Shown here one piece after another: positions 36,445 through 50,874 of a stretch of 64,000 nt of DNA (the first letter of the stretch is position 1; each line of letters starts with the position of its first letter). Under the pieces are notes generated by a model. The model worked only from the letters and a program-made list of their open reading frames with translations. It searched no databases and was not told the origin of the DNA. The DNA is taken from assembly GCA_964016885.1 (NCBI GenBank), contig OZ024743.1, positions 19,716,001-19,780,000 on the forward strand, written 5' to 3'. The DNA comes from Eledone cirrhosa (lineage: Eukaryota). Made by a program: the position numbers and the translations under genes.

Positions 36445-38797
36445 AGCAAATATATACTAGACAGAATTATATACTAGACAGAATTATCCCCCAAGTTAAG
36501 GTTAAAGTAGAAATTAAACTATGGGGTAACACTCGTGAAGCAATAAGATGGTTTAATAACGTTACTGATAAGAAAAAATCTAAATTTATTCAGTTTGATA
36601 TTGATGAATATTATTCCTCAATTTCACCTGATACTCTACATGAAGCTCTTTCGTTCGCTAAGGCTAATTCCGACCTTACGGATGCTGAAATTAAAATTAT
36701 TATGGAAGCGAGGAAAACTATAGTTAAATTCGATGATAGCTACTGGGTTCGCAAAGATAGACCTTCTAATTTTGATATTACTATGGGTTCTAATGATTCA
36801 GCGGAAGTAACAGATCTTGTGGGAATTTATATCACCCACAGACCACAAGGAAAATTCAAGGATCTCCACGGTGGAATCTACCGGGATGATGCGCTCCTAT
36901 TAGTTAAGCATATGAATAACCAGAATTTAGAAAGGATGCGTAAAAATATCAGAAAGCTTTTTAAGGAACTGGGATTAAATATTACATTTGAATATAACCT
37001 CAAAGAGGTCAATTCCCTTGATGTTACTTTGAATCTCAATACAGATACGATTAAACCGTTCCATAAACTAAATGAGAACCTTAAATATGTATATACGAGT
37101 TCTAACCATCCACTCTCTATAATTAAATCCATCCCTAGAAATGTTTCTCTTAGAATCTCCCGCCTGTCGTCCAACCAACAAACCTTCAAAGAACATGCCG
37201 AATATTATGATGATGCACTTAGGAAAGCCGGACACCTAGATAATATAGAGTATATAGTCGAAGATCACCAAAACACCCAAAATAAATCCCATAGGAGTAG
37301 AAATAGCACAGAATCACCACCATACATACACTACCGCAATAGACACAATAATAGTCGCACACCACCAAACAGAAGGCGATGTAAAGAGTATATTTGGTAC
37401 AACCCGGTCTATAACAACTCTATTAAAACCAATCTACCCTCACAATTCTTTCGATTAGTTAAAAAAACACTTTCCAACATCACATAAATATAATAAAATC
37501 TTAAACCCTAACACTATTCGACTTTCATATTCAACCGCCCCTAATATTGAACAACATATAAAAAAGCTTAACGCAAAATGATTGTATAAACGCCTTCCAA
37601 CACATAACAATATACGTAAAACATTAGCTATAACATCACAAAACAACAAACAACATCCTGTCCTACCTAAGCAACCTCATCAACCCATCCATGACAATAC
37701 AACAACGCAAAATTATAATTGCAACTGTGTCCAACCAGGAATGTGTCCGTTGAACAATCAGTGTCTTGAACGCAACATCGTATACAAATGTACTATCGAG
37801 TCGGATAGACAGAAGTGGTAATATGTGGGATCTAGAGCTACCTCCTTCAAATCACGCCTTTATAGACATCGTTACTCGATAAACATGAAAACCAGCGTTA
37901 TGTAACAACACTCGCAGACAGGGCTTGGCAGCTGCGTGAAAATAACCAACAATTTCACCTAAAATGGGATATAATAGCGTCTGCCCCCCCATAACCCCAC
38001 GAACAGGAATTTTGTAAATTATGTAATGTGGAATTATTTTGTATTATGAAATCCAAAAACATTTTATTGAATAACAGAATAGAACGATCGTTATACTGTA
38101 ACCATCGCTTAAAATCTACATTTTCATATTATAAATACTACCAGGATTGAACGCTTGTCTCTATCTCCGTTTGATTGTCAAAATAGATATTAACATTCTC
38201 TATTAGTCTTAATTCTATCAACTCTTCTATTATTTACCATTTAATATAAACTGCTATAGATAAAATGAGATTTCTGATTTCTTAATTCAATTCCCTAATG
38301 CATATACCAGCTGGCTACTAGCATTGATGTTATTCAGTAGCAATCGAAATCTCCCCCTTCCCCAATTGACACTTTATAATTAATACTACTACACCAAATG
38401 ACCAGCCCTGTCCACTGTCCAATTGGTCAAGTAGAGATTAAAATTGGCACTCCCAAAAATTCTTATTTAGATAAAATGAACCATTTACTCGTGGTATTCT
38501 CATTAGAAACCCTTTATATACTTGTTTAGCAGTAAATTGAATTACCATCTGTCATATACTATCCCCTCTCTTCTTCCTCTATTACTAATATAAATACTTC
38601 AATTTTTCTGATTTTATCCAATTTATCCAAAATCTCTGAAGAAGTGACAACTGATTATACATTTGCTATCGAATACTTGCTAACATTATATGATTACGCA
38701 AGCAGCGATACATAGGTATTCCGTCTGTTACAGAAACATATGTCAATACCTAATAAATTCCTTTTTAAAAAAAGCACTTTCATTTTATATTCATCTT

Positions 38798-38800
<3 letters not shown>
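36445..38800 (+). mobile_element. Penelope-like element: RT plus GIY-YIG pseudogene (36445-38150) and 3' region
   Basis: FIQFDIDEYYSSIS, FDITMGSNDSAEV, GIYRDD, LDVTLNL, SNHP, IWYNP and CNC..CPLNNQCLERNIVYKC, with frameshifts and stops. Ends at (TA)n. Confidence 0.93.
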
Positions 38801-38867
<67 letters not shown>

Positions 38868-38870
<3 letters not shown>

Positions 38871-40210
38871 ATTAATAAATGGAAACTATATTTATAAAAC
38901 CATATGTATTCTATTATATATATTTGAAGGGTACCAAAACTTTGGTACGCCCTCATCAGATATAATACAAACTTTGTTTTATAAATATTGACATATCCAG
39001 GAACGAGATCTTAAAGGTTCAACCTTAATTTAGAAATCGAGAATAATTATAAAATCGTTAACTTCTTAGATGTAACCTTAAACCTTAGCTCATGTCTTTA
39101 TTATCCATTCCATAACATTAATGAAAATCTAAATTATGTAAGTTTCAATTCTAATCATCCTTGAAATAAATAAAAAATACTATTGTCAATAGCGTCCAGT
39201 AACGGATTTCACGCATTCTGCTAATAAAAATATTTTTGATGATAAGGCAGAATATTACAATCAGCAGGATACTCGAATAAAATTAAATACTTAGACAACA
39301 ATAACATGATAAATCATCCTAGAATTCATTATAATTGTTTCTACTTTAGGCACAAAGCCAGCAATTACCCAGTGTATTACTGGTACTTTATTTTATCGAC
39401 CCCGTAAGGATGAAAGGCAAAGTCAACCTCGGCGGGATTTAAACTCAGATCGTAAAGGGACGTAACTATGCTGGAAAGCATGGCGTCCGACCCTCTATCG
39501 ATACTGCCAATACACCGAATTCATTATAATAACAATAGAATTCATTATAATAACAATAAGTTTGTTTTATAAATATTGGCATATCCAGGAACATTAAGTC
39601 CAGTAATGTACTGGTTAATTGCTGGCCTTGTGCCTAAAGTAGAAACAATTATAATAACAATAAGCAATTCAACTTAAATAGTAAACCAAACAAAATAACT
39701 AGAACTAGAAATATTATTTGGTACTCTCTCCCATTCTCATTGGGCGTTAAAACACCTGTAGCAAAACTATTTTGAAAGCACTGGATAAGTGTTTTCCTAA
39801 AGCTCACAGATACCACTCTATTTTTAATAGACACATTATAAAACTATCTTACTCTACTACTATGAACATAGCACAAAATATAAATGGAATTAATAATAGA
39901 AACTTAAATTTAAACCCTAACCAAACACACCAAGTTAACAATATTAATATTTCTAATAACAATATTCATAATAATAGTACCGTTCCTAGTAACAAAAACT
40001 CCAGAAAATGTAACTGTAGAATTGAATCAAACTGCACTTTACAAAACAATTGCTTAGACAAAAACTTAATTTATAAATCCACAGTAAAAACTAGAGACAA
40101 AATGTTTAACTATATAGGTGCCACTTCTACAAAATTCAAAGAACACTGGTACAACCACAAACATACATTTAATAGGTCCGATAAAAAATCTTCCACTTCA
40201 CTTTCACATA
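38868..40210 (+). mobile_element. Penelope-like element fragment with an inverted family D pLTR at its 5' side
   Basis: The D arm at 38868-39003 is followed by NFLDVTLNL..SNHP and by ORF 39772-40272 (FNRHIIKLSYS, CNCR..CLDKNLIYK..YIGATSTKFK). Confidence 0.88.
39337..39517 (-). mobile_element. SINE inserted in the PLE
   Basis: Collinear with 63232-63416, with TSD gaattcattataat. A further SINE 3' fragment lies at ~39600-39648 (+). Confidence 0.9.
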
Positions 40211-41176
40211 TGTGTTTATATATGTATTGTAGCCAATCATGTGGACAATCTATCTCGAGTATATTCATTTAAACATACTATTATCTAATCGTGCTGTAAA
40301 TATGCTTAGAATAGTACGTAATCATATGCTTTGTTTCGTCTAAAAGGTGAATAAAGTTTTCTTCAGCCTCGCATAAATGGGTTAGAATACGATATTTCTA
40401 TGAACATGGGTTAAATTAGGTCGAGGAAACGGTGCTGAACCTTATTAGATGAACTGTAACTCGTTGCGGGTTGTATATTTTATTCCTCACTCGGTTTATA
40501 ACAACCATCTGATGATTAAGTTTTTTTAGTGAACTCCAGTTTGTTACAAGTATTTGGAACACATTTATGATTTCTTCCAGTTTTGTGGACCTTGCAAATC
40601 CGTCCTCTCATTAAACCATTGATATTTTCTCAATAACATTAACTAAAGGCCATTATGAATATATGCGTATATAGAAGGACGTTGCATTCACATTTACTCT
40701 GATAGAAATAAGGTAATAATTTCATATGGTTGGATGTGAGGTTGATATCTCTAGTATAGGACTTGACGAAGAATATATGTTTGTTATATTTGTCTTTTGA
40801 ATGAAGAGTTGATATATACAGAAATGTTTTATGTGATACATATCTTAAACTAAGTACTAAGTTGTGTATTTTCTTCTGAAACAGAATGTATTTCCGAGGT
40901 CTCCATACCTACGCTGAAAGGCGGTTTACAAGAAAGGAAAATACAATTACATTATATTATCTTCATCATAGACATTACCAGCTTATAAGGAAGTCAATTG
41001 CTTCCATTCGAGAACTGAACCCAAGTAGTATTGATCTCCAGTTAACGTAATACAGATACTTTCCATAAAATTGAATAAAAACATCACCAATGTCTTAACT
41101 GTAATTCTTCTGTTGCCAGTAACGTGATAAATGGTATTTTTGTTATTAAGTTTTCTATTATTTATCTTGCATTTTA

Positions 41177-41217
<41 letters not shown>

Positions 41218-41237
41218 TATATACATATTTATATACA

Positions 41238-41345
<108 letters not shown>

Positions 41346-41362
41346 GGTGTGTGTGTGTGTGT

Positions 41363-41421
<59 letters not shown>

Positions 41422-42133
41422 TGTGTATGTGTGTGTGTGTATGTATGTATATATGTATGTATATATATTATAATTCTTGCCCAAATAAACACAGTAAACA
41501 CACTCGGCAGGATATGAAAGCGTTTTATTACTTCGTAATATCGTTTCAACTATTAAACCAAGCTGTTGATACTGATAACATTCAAGATGGTGGATGACCT
41601 CTAAACAGGAGAGTTTGAGAAAAGAATTACGATTTGTAGTGCATTATTTCCTCTAAAGCGATGACGGAGATCTGTTCAACAAATATGGAATATTGCTACA
41701 ACCTCACATACATTAAGAGGAAAGGTCGACATAAATCAGCTTTAAGAATAACGCCTTTAACGATTGAGTATTTTTAATCGCTGTGCTTAAGAATGTAACT
41801 CCACCAAACAGTAAATATGTAGCGTCTGTTGTTTGAGGTCTAAATGAGACTAAGGTCTAAACAGTCAAAGAAAACCTTTAATTTGATGCTTGAATTAACA
41901 TAAAAATAGATAGAAACAATGTAAAACGCTTTTCGAAACACCCATATATTATCTTTCGTGGAATATTGTACTCAAAGAGGAAAATATACGAACATAAAAT
42001 GCCATTGTATCTTACATTTTCTGTTTGATGTATACCTCTCACATTTCCCTATATCTCTTTTTTTCTAACCAATATATATATACATATATATATATATATA
42101 CAGTATATATACATATATATATATATATATACA

Positions 42134-42207
<74 letters not shown>

Positions 42208-42779
42208 ATATATTTATATATATATAAATGGATGTGTAAGTGAGTGTGTGTCTGTTTGTGCCTATGTATATATGTGCGGGCGCGCGCGCGTGTCCTGCTC
42301 AGATGGAGGGAAAATATTTTATAGTTCTTTAGTTAAACATTTTCTTAAGTGTGTATGGAATTCTTGTGGCCTAGCTAGGTCAATCATAAAGAGATCAAAA
42401 CTATGATAAAAGATATACCATCTGTAACCATCTGCTTTTATTTTCAGACATAGGGGAACAATGACTATATTGTACAGTGTGTCTATCTATTTTTAAGAAA
42501 ATAGAGTGTGATTTGAGGGACGTTTGGTTTGGTATTTCAGGCAGATCGAATGTCCACGCGGAATATTTCTTCGACTTTGATTCTTTATTTGTTTATTTTG
42601 TGTATGCGATCATGGTCCTGTCGTTATTACATATATGTAGGTGTGTAACTGAATGCATATGAAGTTTATTGTTTTTTCTATTGAAAATATGATTATATTA
42701 AAAACTGGCATATACATGGGGAAGAAAAGCGTTCTAATTTTAAAATGGTTTCATTTATAAGAAACCAAATTTATATATA

Positions 42780-42839
42780 TGGGAAATGAGTTAGAACCCC
42801 GACGGCTGAGCTCCGACCGTTTTTACAGCTAGATCCGAA

Positions 42840-42842
<3 letters not shown>
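42780..42842 (-). mobile_element. Family A solo arm
   Basis: accccgacggctgagctccgaccgtttttacagctagatccgaact matches 1537-1583 and lies between TA tracts. Confidence 0.75.
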
Positions 42843-42894
<52 letters not shown>

Positions 42895-43082
42895 GTATAT
42901 ATATTGTATGTTACACGTTGTTTTATCTATACAATATCAAAATAACAGTTCACACATATATGTGTGTGTACGCACGCTTATACATTGCTATAAGTGATAT
43001 TTGCATAGAATCTTCAGACAAGCAGACGCTATTGCCACTCTCATGATACATATCTTTTGTTTGATATATATAGATATAGATA

Positions 43083-43211
43083 AGTTATTTCGGGTTGAAT
43101 CAGGGGTAACCACAGTAAGTAAGGTACTCAATACATAGCAGAGTATAAATGTTTTAATATAGAAAAGCTTCTACAGGACTAGAACTGTTTTATTCGTGAG
43201 AAATCATCTGC
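43083..43211 (-). mobile_element. Family K pLTR-type fragment with a decayed HHR (43179-43211)
   Basis: Reverse complement: g-CAGATGA-tttc tcac gaat-AAAAC a GTT-ctag. Related to 58365-58520. Confidence 0.6.
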
Positions 43212-43219
43212 TTATTCTG

Positions 43220-43290
<71 letters not shown>

Positions 43291-44854
43291 TAGCAACAGT
43301 CTGGAACCAACGGCTGTGCTTTTCACGATTCGACAGCAAATTCCACTCTACTATCCCAAGCATCGAATAAAAGTACTGGATAAAACTCTTACTATCTTTA
43401 AATGGGAATGATGGGATAAACATTACCATTATTAAGTTCATGCGTAGAAAATTAGAAATGTATTTAAAGTTTTTGACCTAGATCTTTTATCAGAAAATGG
43501 GAGGTAGAAAAAGAGAAACAAAACCTGAAGAGAAACGACGGAAGAAAGTAGTATGTTGTTAATACGTGTGTGTTACATTGGTACCATGTTGTAGTCAACT
43601 GGATGTCAGAAGGAAAAAGAAAGATATGTCATGCACAAGACTGTGAGAGTTGGGATAAATGTGAACTAAGTGAGTCTGAGAGTGTGTGTGTATATGTTTA
43701 TGTGATAGTTGTTCGAACGGCTCTTTAATTGTAACTGTTTATAAATATGCACCTGTCATTCTTTATTTTGTTTATTGTTTGATCAGTACTACAATATTGT
43801 CGTTTTTTTTGTTTAGGTTATGTGTATCTCTATGTGTGTTTCGGTGCATATGTGTACGTGAAAGTTGTGTGTGTGCATATTTGTATTTGTGTTGATAGTT
43901 GACGGAATATTACATGTATGTGTCTGTGTTTTGTCTTATGTGGCACTGTATAAGTGTCTGGACGGGTGTGTACGTTGTTTACTTCTATGTATGTATACAG
44001 TTATGATACTGTTTGACATGCATATGTGTATGTGAAGGTTGAGTGCGCATACAATACCATGTTTATGTGTATGTTGGCTTAGGGTATTGTATGTGTGTGT
44101 TTATAGAGCTTCATGGGGGCATGATTGTGTTTGAAATCATGTGTGTCAATAATACTTTGCTGTTGATTTTGCTGTGTGATGAAGTGTACAGGGTAGTGTA
44201 CGTGTCTATAATATGTGTGTGGGCGTTGTGTAACGTATTATGTGATATGAATTTAATTTATATTTTCACGTGTATGTATGTGTCTGTTTATGCAGTACGT
44301 GTGTGCATATGTGGAAACTGAATGTGTGTCTGACCCGTGATATTTCGTTTTTGTTTTTGCATTATTTTTGTTGTTATTTGAATGTGCGTTGAATGTTATG
44401 TGTTTGCAGTGTAACGATGTGCATATGTGTGAAGGTTTAAGGCAGGGTCTGTGTATGTGTTTATTATGTACATAGAAAATGTACCGTATATAACATATGC
44501 TCCATTTGCACCATATATAAATGAGCGATGATGGATACAGAAACAGATGTCGGGTATTATCATTGCTGTAAAAAATCCATAACAAGACATTTGTATAAGA
44601 CATTTTTATATATAACATATAAATATGTTATATATAAGTATGTTATATATATATACATCATATATTCTTTCTTATACATCCCTATGATACACACACACAC
44701 ACACAAATATATGTTAAAAGGTGCACTACAAATTAAATATCTGTATATTTATGTACACAGTGGTGCAGTTTCGACTATCAACTCTGTATATATTTACAGA
44801 TATAACTTTACCGTACCAGTCCGCTGCTAGTGCACTTCTTAATATATGTATGTA

Positions 44855-44937
<83 letters not shown>

Positions 44938-44939
44938 AA

Positions 44940-45480
<541 letters not shown>

Positions 45481-45503
45481 ATATATATATTTATATATAT
45501 ATA

Positions 45504-45594
<91 letters not shown>

Positions 45595-45599
45595 ATTTA

Positions 45600-48500
45600 T
45601 GCTTTGGGAGGGTCATGTTGCAAATAGGAAACACACGCACCAGTTGTTTTCACTCAAATTTATTATAAATTAAATTTATCAATTTCCTGTTGGTTGGTTG
45701 GTTGGTTGGTTGGTTGGTTGGTTGGTTCCATAACCGGACGGTTGTTCATATATTGTCAAAGTTCTTTCTTCACACATTATATGACCTCTTCAGTGACTGG
45801 GGATTCTTTTCTTTGTTTTGTGCCTCTCCTTTGTTCTGTCCTACGCCATCTTGTTTGTGTGTGTGTTGTGTGCTTAGTTTACGCATGTGTTACATCCGGG
45901 TGTCTGTGTGTGTTTTTATTTGTTTATTTATTTGTTTATTTACATGTTACTGGTTGGTTGTTTGTTCTATGTGAGAGTGTTTTCATTTTGTCCTTAATTG
46001 TAAGTTGTGATGTTGCCATTCCATTCATGTTTTCTATTTAATTTTGGTTGGAGTTCATTTATGTTTATTGCCTCTGTGATTTGTATAAACATTTCGTCTT
46101 TTCTGTGTGTAGATTATATTTTTATTTCTATGTTCTCTAATTTGCCCTTATGTTCTATTTTCCCATGTTGGTGGAGTATTGATGATTCTTTTTTTTATCT
46201 TGAAGTTCTCGCCAGTGTTCATTTAACCGTTCTCCTATACTACGAGCTGTCTCGCCTATGTACATTATATTCTTATCTTTACATTGTCCTTCGGTACATC
46301 TAATGCTATATACTACATTTCTTGTTTTACAGTTAATATGGGGGCTTAGTTTACAGATTATGCATTTATTATCTATACAGGGACGTCTTTGAAAGGGGTA
46401 TGTATTGCTAATAAGTGTTTTTATGGAGGTACCTGGTGTTTCTACTATCTTAATATTAAGTTTTTGTTTATCTAGGGCCCTTCTAAATTTCTAAGCTAAT
46501 TCACCTCTAGGGGTTGTATTGATGAACATTACACTCTGGTATTTATTGCTATCATACCATGAGTTTATTCTATTAACCTTATTCCTAGTTCTTTCTATTA
46601 TATTCCAAAATGTACTCCTATACAAGGGGCAGGTCCCATTTGTATCATTATTTACCATTTTATCCCATTTGGTTCTGGCTCCTCTATATACTCTGATTTT
46701 ATCTCTCTGATTGTAACCAGACAACTGCATACGGTGGATGAAGTGTTGTATGTGTCGCTCTAGTTCTTTGGGGCTGCACATGCGGGACATTTTCTCATCA
46801 CCCGTAACAAATCCACAATCAGTATGTTGATTTTGGTGTGATCCGAAACAGCTGCGTTTCCGTGGATCAGATATTTGGAAATCATGGGTTTGGCATAATG
46901 GGAATGGAGGATTTATTTTTTTGTTATTAATGGTTTCTAACCAGAGCTCTGTGTCTAGTACAGGTAATCGATGGTTTCGTGTGTTTGGTTGGGTAGTCTA
47001 TAGTTAATCTAATGCTCTGGTGGATGGAGTTAGCCGAAAACCACGATGAACTAAAGAAAATGATTGCACATGCGCTGGGGACCAGTATATAACTAACCCT
47101 TAAGGAACATATGTTCAAATTTAATGAAAAAACATATGCCCAAGAGAGGGTGCAGTCATTGGTGTTAGCATTGCAGATGACATAGCTATTCATGGTATGG
47201 TGGGACAATAAACATAAACTTAAACTTAAAGAACAATTAGAAGACAGCAACTCTTAACCCTGATAATATACTCCCGCTAGAGTATTAGAGTTACTATAGA
47301 CTACCCAAGCAAACACCCCAACCATCGATTACCTGTACTAGACACAGAGATCTGGTTAGAAACCATTAATAACAAAAACAAATCCTCCATTCTCATTATG
47401 CCAAAGCCATGACTTCCAAATATCTGATCCACGGAAACTCAGCTGTTTCGGATCACACCAAATTCAACATACTGATTTACGGATTTGGTACGGGTGATGA
47501 GAAATGTGTCCCGCATGTGCAACCCCGAAGAACTAGAGAGACACATACAACACTTCATCCACCGTATGCGGTTCTCTGGTTACAATCAGAGAGATAAAAT
47601 CAGAGTATATAGAGGAGCCAGAACCAAATGGGATAAAATGGTAAATAATAATACAAATGGGACCTGCTCCTTGTATAGGAGTAAATTTTGGAATATAACA
47701 GAAAGAACTAGGAATAAGGTTAATAGAATAAACTCATGGTATGATAGCAATAAATACCAGAGTGTAATGTTCATCAATACAACCCCTAGAGGTGAATTAG
47801 CTTAGAAATTTAGAAGGGCCCTAGATAAACATAAACTTAATATTAAGATAGTAGAAACACCAGGTACCTCCATAAAAACACTTATTAGCAATACATACCC
47901 TTTTCAAAGACGTCCCTGTATAGATAATAAATGCATAATCTGTACTAAGCCCCCATATTAACTGTAAAAGTAGAAATGTAGTATATAGCATAAGATGTAC
48001 TGAAGGACAATGTAAAGATAAGGATATAGTGTACATATGTGAGACAGCTCGTAGTATAGGAGAACGGTTAAATGAACACTGGCGAGAACCTCAAGATAAA
48101 AACGAATCATCAATACTCCACCAACATGGGAAAATAGAACATAAGGGCAAATTAGAGAATATAGAAATAAAAATAGAATCCACACACAGAAAAGACGCAA
48201 TGTTTAGACAAATCACAGAGGCAATAAACATAAATGAACTCCAACCAAAATTAAATAGAAAACATGAATGGAATGCCATCATCACAACTTACAATTAAGG
48301 ACAAAATGAAAACACATACACACATAGAACAAACAAACAACAGTAACATGTAAATAAACAAATAAATAAACAAATAAAAACACACACAGACACCCGGATG
48401 TAACACATGCGCAAACTAAGGACACAACACACACTAAAACAAGATGCCGTAGGACAGAACAAAGGAGAGGCACAAAACAAAAAAAAGGATGCCCAGTCAC

Positions 48501-48645
48501 TGAAGAGGTCACAGAATGTGTGACGAAAGAACTTCGACAATATATGAACAACCGTCCAGTTATGGAACCAACCAACCAACCTGGAATTTATAAGTTCTTT
48601 AATTTATAAATTTAATTTATAATAAATTTCAGTGAAACCAACTGG
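45600..48645. mobile_element. Family H PLE as a ~3 kb inverted pair
   Basis: A - strand copy at 45600-47032 and a + strand copy at 47033-48645 (RT GAVIGVSIADD..FMVWWD through GIY-YIG and pLTR). ORFs match 8461-9183. Confidence 0.93.
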
Positions 48646-48777
48646 TTTTCCGTTTATTGTTTTCGGTGCACCCGGCCGATTAACCCACTCGATATGCAAA
48701 TTGGGCTACTCAGCCGTTAATATGCATAAGGAAAGTATATACTTTCAGACGTTCAATCATCTGGCAGGAAGGTATAC

Positions 48778-48816
48778 GTTGCTGACGATAGCTAATAAGC
48801 TTGAAACTAGTACAGC
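48778..48816 (+). ncRNA. Minimal type I hammerhead
   Basis: gttg-CTGACGA-t agc taataa gct t-GAAAC ta GTA-cagc. Confidence 0.8.
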
Positions 48817-49205
48817 CTTCCTTTGTCAGTGTTGAACAAACGAGCAACGATGGTTGCTAGACACTACGGCTTAATACGGGATGTTTGTTTACAAACACAC
48901 CGAGCATTATAATAAATGTTCGGTGAATCCATACGTACATATATATATGTGTGCATGTATGTATATATATATACATACTACTGTACGTCTGTATACATAT
49001 ATGTATGTACTTATACATACTTATATTTAAGTAACAGCCGTACTAAGAGTGGGAAATGAAATTTCGTTTCATTTTTTCCGTTTATCTTTTTCGGTGCACC
49101 CGGCCGATTAACCCACTCGATATGCAAATTGGGCTACTCAGCCGTTAATATGCATAAGGAAAGTATATACTTTCAGACGTTCAATCATCTGGCAGGAAGG
49201 TATAC

Positions 49206-49244
49206 GTTGCTGACGATAGCTAATAAGCTTGAAACTAGTACAGC
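49206..49244 (+). ncRNA. Minimal type I hammerhead
   Basis: Identical to 48778-48816. Confidence 0.8.
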
Positions 49245-49554
49245 TTTCCTTTGTCAGTGTTGAACAAACGAGCAACGATGGTTGCTAGACACTACGGCTT
49301 AATACGGGATGTTTGTTTACAAACACACCGAGCATTATAATAAATGTTCGGTGAATCCATACGTGCATATATATATATGTTTGCATGGATGTATATATAT
49401 ATACATACTTCTGTACGTCTGTATACATATATGTATGTGCGTATACATACTTATATATATATATATGGTCAATTACTAACACTAGTGCTAAGCGACGCTA
49501 GCTATAACCCGAAAAGAAGAAAAGATCAACATCATCGGTAACTACTCAGCCGCA

Positions 49555-49815
49555 GGTTTTGTGTCGGAGTTATCCCAGTTTCCTGAGTTGCCTTCTCCTA
49601 GAAGATGCCAATATAATATTAAAGATCAGCGAATAGGTGAGTATCTCTGCAGAACTAATGAAAAATCTGCAGATACTCCACCCTTATTATACCTTTAGAT
49701 TTATACCTGTGATTATTGGGGCACTGCGTTATGTTAGTAACTGCCTCGGTACTAATCTTGAGAAGCTAGGCTTCACAGAATCAGAAAGAACACGACTGGG
49801 TAGAAGATTACATCC
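49555..49815 (+). pseudogene. Restriction-like endonuclease C-terminus of a non-LTR element (R4/R2-group)
   Basis: AELMKNLQILHPYYTFRFIPVIIGALRYV...LEKLGF resembles the P(V/I)IIGALG motif. Confidence 0.6.
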
Positions 49816-50810
49816 ACACATACATTAACATCCATACCTGCACACACATGTATGCATGTAGACATGCATACATGTCTACCTAGTTGATGTTAAATTCAAA
49901 TGTGAGAGTATTGTATCTATGTTACAAACCGACTCTCTATATCTCTATCGGTAAAAAGTTATAAAATTATAAATCCACAACATACATACACACATATTGG
50001 ATGTGAGTCTTCTGAGTGAATGCTTATTACATCAATCCAGTTGAATTGTATTTAGGATTTAAAGGAGTGGCTTAGTAACGTTGATTCTCTGAGAAATCCG
50101 TTTATGGCATGTGTGTCACTCACATGGGATACAAGCCAACGTACATGTTAATTCAATGATTAGGAATATCATTTGATCGGACAAATGGGAAACTCATAAT
50201 CAAAATCGACGCACATGCTTTTCCCTTTTTATCCTTGTATTGAGTATAGTATAATAGTATTGAGTATAGTATAATAGTCGAAATATTGGCAATTGTGGTA
50301 GATGGTGTGTGCTTTGTGTGCATTTCTGACATGTAATATACATACAAGGAATGATATATATTCATTCGGCTGACACATATCTAATTAAAATTCGTTCGGT
50401 TTCTTGTTTATGTCGCAATACAAAGTTACTTGGTGATCTATGAATTTATTTCTCACCGTTTATGTCTATCTCTATACAAATTTCCCTTTATCTCTTCCTC
50501 CCATTTCCTCTGACATCCTCCTCATTCTCGCTTTTTCAAAGATATGAACTAGTAATATTCTTCTCATGTTTCGCACAGTACATATGGGAATGGTTAGGCA
50601 TGAATATATATGGATACATACGTACAAAGACAAACACCGCATAAATATTTATGTATACAATTAATATAATATAGACTAACAGACACCTATATTTAAATTT
50701 CTCGATACCAGTCTATATGCGTATTTAATAAGGTATATATATATCATGTTATATTAAACACACACTCACGCACGCACACATACACATACACGCACAATCA
50801 TATATATATT

Positions 50811-50874
<64 letters not shown>

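Larger units (their letters stand above)
48645..49460 (+). mobile_element. Tandem HHR-bearing units (428 bp period), a diverged relative of 35411-36444
   Basis: Two near-identical units. Collinear with the reverse complement of the 35411 units (ttttcggtgc, ctcgatatgcaaatt, ctcagccgttaat, gaaagtatatactttc, gtcagtgttgaacaaa, ccgtactaagagtg). Confidence 0.85.
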
